This document shows, piece by piece, positions 1-7,192 of a stretch of 64,000 nucleotides of DNA. Below the pieces are notes generated by a model. The model saw nothing but the letters and a program-made list of their open reading frames with translations. It was not told where the DNA came from and did no database searches. The DNA lies in contig JBPCNO010000047.1 in the NCBI GenBank assembly GCA_051001135.1, forward strand, positions 972-64,971, written 5' to 3'. Numbering within the stretch: the stretch's first letter is position 1; every line of letters begins with the position of its first letter. The position numbers and the translations under genes are program-made. This DNA is from Acidobacteriaceae bacterium (GTDB lineage Bacteria; Acidobacteriota; Terriglobia; Terriglobales; Acidobacteriaceae).

Positions 1-618
1 CTCTCTCGCCGACCGCAGGGTGCGGCCGACAAGCCGATCTTCACTGAAGCCGGGGGCCGATTGCAGGTCGAGATAGACGTTCGCGCGAAAGCGCCGCTTG
101 TCGAGATCAGATCCGACTTCCTGGCTCAGTCGCCGCGCGGTTTGGATGGAGAAGAGCGAAACCGGACGGCAATCGGTCATCGCCCGTTCCGACTTGCGGA
201 GCGTCAAACGATGCCCATCCCGCAGCCCTTCGCTCAGCATGGTGAGCAGCGTGGGGTCATCGATCGCCAGCCTGGTTCCGGCTGGTGTCTCGACATCCAG
301 AGCACGGTCGGCGTCGCCGGGGTAGACCGGAGTGACACCCGGCCCCAGGGCTTCTGCATTCGCCAGATTCTCCGGTTTCCGCATCTGCTCGGGACAGCGG
401 TAGACCGGACGATACTGCAGCATCTCTTCCTGCTCGCGCGCGGTCAGATAGGGAAATCCCTTCCGCGCGGCTGAATCATGGAAGGCGTACAGGCGATCGC
501 CGAAGACGCCGGCAAATCCAAGGAAGGCCTCCTGCAACTCTTCGCCCCGCATGCTCTTGACCGGATAGCGCCAGAGGCTCTCGACTTCACCGACGGCAAT
601 GCTGCTCGCGATCTCCAC
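1..618 (-). CDS. MOSC domain-containing protein (MOSC_N beta-barrel plus start of MOSC domain); 3' end lies outside the window
   Basis: Absent from the ORF track because it runs off the window edge. My reverse-strand translation from GTG (616-618) reads VEIASSIAVGEVESLWRYPVKSMRGEELQEAFLGFAGVFGDRLYAF...RFRANVYLDL and stays open to position 1 (206 codons). WRYPVKSMRGE is the typical MOSC_N motif. The + ORFs 61-474 and 98-325 are antisense shadows. Confidence 0.75.
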   Translation of the reverse strand, partial: MEIASSIAVGEVESLWRYPVKSMRGEELQEAFLGFAGVFGDRLYAFHDSAARKGFPYLTAREQEEMLQYRPVYRCPEQMRKPENLANAEALGPGVTPVYPGDADRALDVETPAGTRLAIDDPTLLTMLSEGLRDGHRLTLRKSERAMTDCRPVSLFSIQTARRLSQEVGSDLDKRRFRANVYLDLQSAPGFSEDRLVGRTLRSARE

Positions 619-703
619 GCTGGATCTCCCCCGATTTGTGTGTCATGGGGTGGTATACCAGACCACGGCGGCCGGAGTCGCTTCTGCGCTAAACTGGAAA
701 GTT

Positions 704-2299
704 ATGGCCACCGCTCAGATCTCCACTGTCATCCTGCCGCTGTCTCCCAAGGGAGACTTCCGGAACGAGCCCTTCACCGACTTCTCCGACCTGCAACATG
801 AGCACGCGATGCGCGAGACGCTGGCGCGGGTGCGGGAGATGCTGGGTCACGAATATGAACTGGTGATCGGCGGCGAGCGCGTGCGCACCGCGGACAAGAT
901 CCGCTCGGTCAACCCGGCCAAGCCCGCCGAGGTGGTGGGCATACATCAGAAGGCAGGCGCCGAGCACGCCGAGCAGGCGATGGCAGCCGCGCTGCGGGCG
1001 TTCGAGACCTGGCGCTTCATCTCGCCGGAGCAGCGTGCGTCCCTGCTGCTGAGGGCGGCGGAGATTATTCGCGACCGCAAGTTCGAGTTCTGCGCCTGGC
1101 TCACCTATGAGGTCGGCAAGAACTGGGCTGAGGCCGATGCAGATGTGGCCGAGACCATCGATTTCCTGGAGTTCTACGCACGCGAGGCGCTGCGTCTGTC
1201 CACGGCGAAGCCGCCCATTCAGATGCCGGGCGAGCGCGATGAACTGCTCTACATCCCGCTGGGCGTGGGCGCGGTGATTCCGCCGTGGAACTTCCCCTTC
1301 GCCATCATGGCGGGTATGACGGCGGCGGCGATCGTATGCGGCAAAACCGTCATCCTCAAGCCTTCGAGCGACTCGCCGACCATCGCGGCACGCTTTCTCG
1401 ATGTGCTGGAGGAGGCAGGCATGCCGCCGGGCGTGGTGAACTTCTGCCCCGGTTCGGGCGCTACCTTCGGCAACGCCATCGTGGCGCATCCCAAGACCCG
1501 CTTCATCGCCTTCACCGGATCCAAGGAGGTGGGCCTGGAGATTCACGAGCGGGCGGCGAAGACGCCGAAAGGCCAGATCTGGATCAAACGGACGGTGCTC
1601 GAGATGGGCGGCAAGGACTCGATCGTCGTGGCCGCGGACTGCGATATGGATGCGGCGGTCGAAGGCGTGGTGACCTCAGCCTTCGGCTTCAACGGGCAGA
1701 AGTGTTCGGCCTGCTCGCGCGCCATTGTGGAAGAGTCGATCTACGACTCCTTTGTGGAGCAGGTGGAAGCTCGCGTCCGGCGGATCAAGGTGGGCGATCC
1801 GGTCAAGAATACGTACATGGGCCCGGTGGTGAACAAGGGCGCCATGGAGACCATCCTCGGCTACATCGAGGCAGGGAAGAAGGAAGGCCGGCTGCTGACA
1901 GGCGGGAGCAAAATAGACACGGCAGAGGGCGGCTATTATCTGCAACCGACGGTGATCGTTGATGTGGCCCCGGATGCGCGCATCTCGCAGGAGGAGATCT
2001 TCGGACCGGTGCTGGCGATCATCAAGGTCCGCGACTTCGACCAGGCGCTGGAGGTGGCGAACAACACCGAGTATGGTCTGACCGGCTCGGTGTACTCGAC
2101 CGATCGGGAGAAGCTCAACCGCGCGCGGCATACCTTCCACGTCGGCAACCTGTACTTCAACCGCAAGAGCACGGGCGCGATGGTGGGAGCGCATCCCTTT
2201 GGCGGCTTCAATATGTCGGGAACCGATTCGAAGGCCGGCGGCCCGGATTACCTCTATCTCTTTACCCAGGCGAAGTCGCTGGGAGAGAAGCTGGGGTAA
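704..2299 (+). CDS. pruA: L-glutamate gamma-semialdehyde (1-pyrroline-5-carboxylate) dehydrogenase, aldehyde dehydrogenase superfamily
   Basis: ORF 599-2299. Start chosen at ATG 704 (MATAQIST...). Aldehyde dehydrogenase motifs: LEMGGKDSIVV and catalytic Cys in FGFNGQKCSACSR. The N-terminal FRNEPFTDFS and overall layout are PruA/RocA-like. Confidence 0.85.
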   Translation: MATAQISTVILPLSPKGDFRNEPFTDFSDLQHEHAMRETLARVREMLGHEYELVIGGERVRTADKIRSVNPAKPAEVVGIHQKAGAEHAEQAMAAALRAFETWRFISPEQRASLLLRAAEIIRDRKFEFCAWLTYEVGKNWAEADADVAETIDFLEFYAREALRLSTAKPPIQMPGERDELLYIPLGVGAVIPPWNFPFAIMAGMTAAAIVCGKTVILKPSSDSPTIAARFLDVLEEAGMPPGVVNFCPGSGATFGNAIVAHPKTRFIAFTGSKEVGLEIHERAAKTPKGQIWIKRTVLEMGGKDSIVVAADCDMDAAVEGVVTSAFGFNGQKCSACSRAIVEESIYDSFVEQVEARVRRIKVGDPVKNTYMGPVVNKGAMETILGYIEAGKKEGRLLTGGSKIDTAEGGYYLQPTVIVDVAPDARISQEEIFGPVLAIIKVRDFDQALEVANNTEYGLTGSVYSTDREKLNRARHTFHVGNLYFNRKSTGAMVGAHPFGGFNMSGTDSKAGGPDYLYLFTQAKSLGEKLG

Positions 2300-2308
2300 A
2301 GGCAACGG

Positions 2309-2329
2309 CTAGCTTCTAGCCTCTAGCTT
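2309..2329. repeat. Three CTAG tetranucleotides at 7-nt period (CTAGCTT CTAGCCT CTAGCTT) between convergent genes; gives stops in all six frames
   Basis: CTAG at 2309-2312, 2316-2319 and 2323-2326. The + strand TAGs start at 2310, 2317 and 2324 (frames 0, 1, 2). The - strand TAGs are the complements of 2309-11, 2316-18 and 2323-25 (three frames). The last of these is the stop of the sigma-factor gene. Confidence 0.9.
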
Positions 2330-3225
2330 CGGCCCGGAACTCCCGGTTCGTCAGTCGGGAGCATTGTCAGCTCGATCTGGCGAAGACTTTCCGGGTCGGC
2401 AAGCAATGCGATGGCGACGATCCGCTCACGCACAATAGTGAAGCGGAGCACGACGCGCGGCTGTCCACCGGGAGCCCACGCCAGTCCCACGACTCCATCC
2501 ACCAGCGCCGGGCGTGCGGCGCCGGCGCGCCCCGAGAAATTTTTGGCGACGGCTTCTGCGCCACGTACCGCGCTCGACGCACCCATCTCTACGGCAGTGC
2601 GGTCGGCCCGGATCGTGACATCTGGATCGAGCAATGCGAGGAGCGCGTTGAAGTCGCCGCTGCGCGAAGCTGCAACGAAGGCATCGACAACTTTTCGCTG
2701 GCGGGTGAGATCGGCGTCACGAACCGTGCTCGCTCCCTGCACCCGTCGGCGAGCGCGGCTGGCGAGCTGCCTTGCCGCTGTAGGGGCGCGCCCCACAATA
2801 AGGGCGATCTCGTCGAAGGGAACGTCGAACAGGTCGTGCAGCACAAACGCGACCCGCTCGGCCGGAGACAGCGTTTCGAGCACCACGAGCAGCGCGAGAC
2901 TGACGGAGTCGGCCAGTATCGCCTCGCGCTCGGGGTCGAGCCCATCCCCTCGATTCGTGATCGGCTCACGCAGGTGCGCATCCAGGGACTCCTCGCGCCG
3001 CGATTTGCGCGAGCGGAGCATGTCCAGGCACACGCGTGCGACGACCGTTGTCAGCCATCCGCCCAGGTTCTCTACGCCGCTCGTGCCGGAGCTGCTGAGC
3101 CGCAGCCACGCTTCCTGAACGGCGTCGTCCGCCTCATTCTCCGAGCCGAGCATTCGATAGGCCATCCCCCGCAAATGGGTGCGGTGGGTCTCGAAACGCT
3201 CCGCCAGCCATTCGTGCTCGTCCAC
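2323..3225 (-). CDS. RNA polymerase ECF sigma factor with C-terminal SnoaL-like extension (ECF41/SigJ-like)
   Basis: ORF 2323-3288. Region 2 motif DDAVQEAWLRL and region 4 motif ERVAFVLHDLFDVPFDEIALIVGRAPTAARQLASRARRRV. About 110 aa of C-terminal extension follow (KVVDAFVAASRSGDFNALLALLDPDV...). Start set at the GTG preceded by GGAGGAG (3225); the ORF could start as early as 3288. Confidence 0.8.
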   Translation of the reverse strand: MDEHEWLAERFETHRTHLRGMAYRMLGSENEADDAVQEAWLRLSSSGTSGVENLGGWLTTVVARVCLDMLRSRKSRREESLDAHLREPITNRGDGLDPEREAILADSVSLALLVVLETLSPAERVAFVLHDLFDVPFDEIALIVGRAPTAARQLASRARRRVQGASTVRDADLTRQRKVVDAFVAASRSGDFNALLALLDPDVTIRADRTAVEMGASSAVRGAEAVAKNFSGRAGAARPALVDGVVGLAWAPGGQPRVVLRFTIVRERIVAIALLADPESLRQIELTMLPTDEPGVPGRS

Positions 3226-3366
3226 CGTCACACTCCTCCGTCGCCATTCGTCATTGCAATGACGGACCAAACTCGGCCGAAGTGACAAGGAGATCGGCTT
3301 GGCGACGGCACGTCAAGATCGAATTATTCGAATTGATACGCGAAGAACCCTTAGAGGAGAACAATC

Positions 3367-3849
3367 ATGGAAGCACTGATGCAGGAAGCTATGAAAGCAC
3401 GGATGAACAACCCCGTAATGATCCTTCCTGACGCCATGCAGGCGCTGCATGCCCTGAAGGCGGCCACGGAAAAGGGCGGCGTGCCGTCGAAAACGATCGG
3501 CCTTGTCGAGCTGCGCGCGAGCCAGATCAATGGCTGTAGCGTCTGCGTTGACATGCACGCTCGCTTGCTCAAGAAGGCAGGCGAGACAGATGAGCGCCTC
3601 TTCGCAGTATCGGCCTGGCGGCATGCGCCCTACTTCACTGACGCTGAACGCGCCGCGCTGGCGCTCACCGAAGCCCTCACCCGACTCAGTGATCGCGCGA
3701 ACCCGGTGCCGGACGAGATCTGGGACGAGGCCGCCCGGCACTATGATGTGAAGGCGCTTGCGGCGTTGGTCCTCGCGATCGCCAACATTAACGTCTGGAA
3801 CCGCCTCAACGTAGCAGTGGGGCAGGTGGCGGGCGAGTGGAAGGGCTGA
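3367..3849 (+). CDS. Carboxymuconolactone decarboxylase (CMD)/AhpD-like family protein
   Basis: 160 aa. CxxC motif in QINGCSVCVDMHARL, typical of the AhpD/CMD core. AGAGGAGAA Shine-Dalgarno lies upstream of ATG 3367. The gene is divergent from the ECF sigma gene. Confidence 0.85.
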   Translation: MEALMQEAMKARMNNPVMILPDAMQALHALKAATEKGGVPSKTIGLVELRASQINGCSVCVDMHARLLKKAGETDERLFAVSAWRHAPYFTDAERAALALTEALTRLSDRANPVPDEIWDEAARHYDVKALAALVLAIANINVWNRLNVAVGQVAGEWKG

Positions 3850-3857
3850 CCGCGAAG

Positions 3858-4283
3858 ATGACGAATTTCGACGTGAGGGCTATCGGGAGGGTCGAATCTC
3901 CCCTGGCGGATCTCAGATCGGCCCCCCGGCAAGCCGACGAGGGAGCACCCGAGGCGTGGCTGGTCTTCGAGCCAGAGATGCTCGAAGGCCTGCGAAGCCT
4001 GCGGCCGGGCGATGAGATCATTCTTGTCACCTGGCTCGATCGCGCGCGTCGAGACGCTTTGAGCGTGCACCCGCGGGGCGATACTTCCAGAGCGCAGGAG
4101 GGCGTCTTCAGTACGCGCTCTCCTCACCGCCCGAATCCCATTGGCCTGCACCGGGTGGAGATCACCGCGATAGATGGCCCGCGCGTGCGGGTCCGCAACC
4201 TCGAGGCGCTGGATGGAACGCCGATCCTCGATGTCAAGCCAATACTCAGCCCAATACTCAGCGAAGAGATCGGCGAGCGTTGA
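3858..4283 (+). CDS. trmO: tRNA (N6-threonylcarbamoyladenosine(37)-N6)-methyltransferase TrmO/TsaA-like (YaeB family)
   Basis: ORF 3837-4283. AIGRVESP..., FSTRSPHRPNPIGLHRVEI and LDGTPILDVKP are signature TsaA/YaeB segments. ATG 3858 preferred; the alternative start 3837 overlaps the CMD stop. Confidence 0.8.
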   Translation: MTNFDVRAIGRVESPLADLRSAPRQADEGAPEAWLVFEPEMLEGLRSLRPGDEIILVTWLDRARRDALSVHPRGDTSRAQEGVFSTRSPHRPNPIGLHRVEITAIDGPRVRVRNLEALDGTPILDVKPILSPILSEEIGER

Positions 4284-4309
4284 GCGGCGGAGTGGTGACC
4301 TGCGGTTAC

Positions 4310-4339
4310 AAAAAAAGAGGCCTTCCTCGCGGAAGGCCT
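4310..4339 (-). terminator. Rho-independent terminator for the LuxR-family gene (could also act on the convergent trmO)
   Basis: Perfect 9-bp stem AGGCCTTCC (4318-4326) / GGAAGGCCT (4331-4339) with loop TCGC. The A7 run at 4310-4316 becomes a U-tract after the stem on the - strand. Confidence 0.65.
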
Positions 4340-4385
4340 TGGTTAACAGATCCTTGATGTTGCATTGTGCGCTTGACGCGGGAAA

Positions 4386-5045
4386 CTACGCGCTGCGCAT
4401 CTGTAGCCCACTCCCCGCTTCTGCGGCGGCCGCCGCGAGGATGCGGTGATGGATGGTGAAGAGCGCGAGTTCCAGGCGATCGGAGACCCCCGTCTTGTCG
4501 TACACGCTGCGCAGGTAGTTCTTGATGACCTGCTCGGTGGTGCCCAGGCGCTGCGCGATCTCCTTGTTCTTACAGCCCTGTACGATCAGCGCTACGATCT
4601 TCATCTCCTTGGGCGTCAGGCGATCGCGGACCCGCGCTCCCACGAAATCTTCTTCATCGGTCTGCGCCGCGTCGGTAGGGCGCTGCACGCAGGTGAGCCC
4701 GTGAATGACCTTGTGAACGCAATCGACCAGAGCGGCGCCGGTAGTGTTGCGGTAGACCACGCCCTTGACGCCAATCTGCGTATAGGCGGTGGCAGACTCG
4801 GTATTTTCCGCGATGACGATGGCGCGGCTGCCGGCGGCCTTGATGCGGGCCATGGTGTCCTGCATCTCCGGCTTGAGCGCGGAGGCAAAGACGACGATCG
4901 AAGCGCGATAGGTATCGATCGCCAGCATCATGCGGTCGAGATCCGAGCACTGGGCGGCCACGCGGAAGTCTTCTTCGCTCGCCAGTACTTTAGCGATGCC
5001 AGCCCGGAAGATCGCCTGATTGTCTCCAAGAATGATCTTGTTCAT
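4386..5045 (-). CDS. LuxR/NarL-family DNA-binding regulator with degenerate (pseudo-)receiver domain
   Basis: C-terminal HTH_LuxR: LTPKEMKIVALIVQGCKNKEIAQRLGTTEQVIKNYLRSVYDKTGVSDRLELALF. The N-terminal receiver fold lacks the phospho-acceptor: IVVFASALKPE where NarL has LILLDLNMPG. The conserved Lys is replaced (VVYRN versus LLKD). Confidence 0.85.
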   Translation of the reverse strand: MNKIILGDNQAIFRAGIAKVLASEEDFRVAAQCSDLDRMMLAIDTYRASIVVFASALKPEMQDTMARIKAAGSRAIVIAENTESATAYTQIGVKGVVYRNTTGAALVDCVHKVIHGLTCVQRPTDAAQTDEEDFVGARVRDRLTPKEMKIVALIVQGCKNKEIAQRLGTTEQVIKNYLRSVYDKTGVSDRLELALFTIHHRILAAAAAEAGSGLQMRSA

Positions 5046-5513
5046 TGCGCCTCGCCTGCTCTTCCTTCGTACGTCCGGTAGCCATGGTGCGCAACGTGTG
5101 TCATTCTTCTGGCGAAACCCGCAGCGGTGGGGAAGTTCCGCGGGCTGCTTCGCTGGAAAAGACTAAGTCGCTGCCAAGGCCGTCGAATCGTATCTGACAA
5201 CTGGTTCTTTGTACTTGTTGTGCCAGCCCATCATAAGCACGGGCAGTGTAATTTGTACATCATAATCGTGGCAAATTTACTCTACCAGCAGGTGGGTTTC
5301 TCTGCTGAATGTTCCATAAAGATCGGGCATAACCCTTCTAACCACAACCCCACGAACGTGTTACGGGAGTACTGAAGAGGTGTAGAAGTTGCTTGGGGCG
5401 CCTCCAGGCGCGGCAGTTGGCCTTCGGCAGGCACCGGACGTACCCCGAAAATAGGCGCGATGGGCATGCCGCAGGACTCAAGGCACTAAACTGAGAGGGC
5501 TAACCGGGGGAAC
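5046..5513. promoter_or_regulatory. Long, low-GC divergent promoter/leader region between the two regulator genes
   Basis: 468 bp with no credible ORF. Hand counts of lines 5161-5220, 5221-5280 and 5281-5340 give 48%, 43% and 47% G+C. Imperfect inverted repeat GTAATTTG (5248-5255) / CAAATTTAC (5272-5280). GGGGGAA Shine-Dalgarno lies before ATG 5514. Confidence 0.5.
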
Positions 5514-7166
5514 ATGAGCAAGCCAGTCATTCTTGCCATCGACGACGACGCCAGCGTGCTGGAGACCGTAGTACAGGACCTCCGGCGCAAGTACGGGGAG
5601 AACTACCGCATTCTGCGGGCGAGCAGCGGGCAGGCGGCGCTAGAAGCGGCCGAGGAGCTGGCCCGGCGTGGAGATTCGATCGCCCTGTTTCTATCCGACC
5701 AACGCATGCCGGGGATGACCGGGATCGAGCTGCTGGAGAAGACCATAGCCATCTTCCCCGACGCCAGGCGGGCGCTGCTGACCGCCTACGCGGATACCGA
5801 GGCTGCGATCCGCGCCATCAACGCCGCCCGCATCCACTATTACCTGACCAAGCCCTGGGACCCGCCGGAGGAGAAGCTCTATCCGGTTGTCGACGATCTG
5901 CTGGAGAGCTGGTGCTCCACCTATCGCGCGCCCTTCGAGGGGCTGCGGGTCATCGGAGCTCGGTACGGCCTGCGCGACCACCAGGTGCGGGACTTCCTCA
6001 CCAAGAATTACGTTCCCTATGTCTGGATGGACCCGGACTCCTCGGCCGAAGGACGGGACCTGCTGGCACGTCATAAGCTGGAAGACGCCAAGATGCCGGT
6101 GCTGCTGTTTCCGGACGGCTCCTATCTGGTGCAGCCGGGGCAGGCGGAGCTGGCCGAACGCATCGGGCTGCGGACGCAATCGAAGAGCGATTTCTATGAC
6201 CTGGTGATCCTGGGTGCCGGGTTGGCGGGTCTGGCGGCCGCGGTCTATGGCGCGTCCGAGGGGTTGCGCACACTGGTGATCGAGCAGGAGGCGCCGGGAG
6301 GGCAGGCGGGCAGCAGCTCCAGCATCGAGAACTATCTGGGATTTCCCGCCGGCTTGAGCGGAGCGGAGCTGGCGCGCCGCGCCTACCAGCAAGCGTCCCG
6401 TTTTGGGGCGGAGTTTCTGATGCAGCGGGCGGTGGGTGTCCACACCGAAAATGGCTACCACTTCATCCGGCTGGGCGACCAGGCGAGCGTGTCCGCGCAG
6501 GCCTGTCTGGTAGCGACGGGCGTGCACTGGCGCAGGCTGCCGGTTCCCGGACTGGAGCGGCTGGTCGGGTCCGGGGTGTACTACGGCGCGGCGCTGGCAG
6601 AGGCCAAGAGCTGTGCCGACGAGGAGGTCTTCCTGATTGGGGGCGCGAACTCCGCCGGCCAGGCGGCCATGTACTTCTCTCGCTACGCCAAGCGGGTGGT
6701 GATGATGGTCCGCGCTACGTCGCTCGAGAAGAGCATGTCGAAATACTTGATCGATGAAATCGCTCGTGAATCCAATATTGAGGTCTGGACGGAGACGGTG
6801 CTGGTGGAGGCGATGGGCGATACGCATCTGGAATGTATCCGCGTGCGCGGGCCGGAGGGAGAACGAACCATTTCGGCGACGGGTCTGTTCATCTTTATCG
6901 GCGCCCAACCGGACACCGATTGGCTATCCGCCCAGGTGCTGCGCGACGAGCATGGCTTTATTCTGAGCGGACCTCAGCTCAAGGGGCAGTCCGCGTTCGC
7001 GCGAAACTGGAACAAGCAACGCGAGCCCTATCTGCTGGAGACCAGCGTTCCCGGACTATTCGCCGCGGGTGACGTGCGTTACGGATCCGTCAAACGAGCC
7101 GCTTCAGCGGTAGGCGAGGGATCAATTGCAGTACAGTTCATCCACCAGTACATGGCGGAGCTTTAG
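5514..7166 (+). CDS. Fused response-regulator receiver / thioredoxin-like / thioredoxin-reductase-like FAD-NAD(P) oxidoreductase, lacking the redox-active CxxC
   Basis: Receiver with intact residues: ILAIDDD, LFLSDQRMPGMTG, LLTAYAD, YLTKPW. The C-terminal half has LVILGAGLAGLAAAVYGA (FAD GxGxxG), FLIGGANSAGQAAMYF (NAD(P) site) and GLFAAGDV. Where TrxB has SACATCDG, this protein has YYGAALAEAKSC (residues 356-367). Confidence 0.85.
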   Translation: MSKPVILAIDDDASVLETVVQDLRRKYGENYRILRASSGQAALEAAEELARRGDSIALFLSDQRMPGMTGIELLEKTIAIFPDARRALLTAYADTEAAIRAINAARIHYYLTKPWDPPEEKLYPVVDDLLESWCSTYRAPFEGLRVIGARYGLRDHQVRDFLTKNYVPYVWMDPDSSAEGRDLLARHKLEDAKMPVLLFPDGSYLVQPGQAELAERIGLRTQSKSDFYDLVILGAGLAGLAAAVYGASEGLRTLVIEQEAPGGQAGSSSSIENYLGFPAGLSGAELARRAYQQASRFGAEFLMQRAVGVHTENGYHFIRLGDQASVSAQACLVATGVHWRRLPVPGLERLVGSGVYYGAALAEAKSCADEEVFLIGGANSAGQAAMYFSRYAKRVVMMVRATSLEKSMSKYLIDEIARESNIEVWTETVLVEAMGDTHLECIRVRGPEGERTISATGLFIFIGAQPDTDWLSAQVLRDEHGFILSGPQLKGQSAFARNWNKQREPYLLETSVPGLFAAGDVRYGSVKRAASAVGEGSIAVQFIHQYMAEL

Positions 7167-7192
7167 TTCACAATTTCAAGATTTAGAGCCGA

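Noticed and set aside
61-801. + strand ORFs 61-474, 98-325 and 478-801 as genes
   Set aside because: They are the antisense of a clear MOSC-domain reading frame (1-618, - strand), or overlap the pruA leader. They show no family resemblance.
3226-3366. ECF41 target promoter (TGTCACA-N16-CGTC) upstream of the CMD gene
   Set aside because: Only GTGACAA (3282-3288) and CGTC (3311-3314) are present, and the orientation and spacing (~22 nt) are wrong. The promoter cannot be called from sequence alone.
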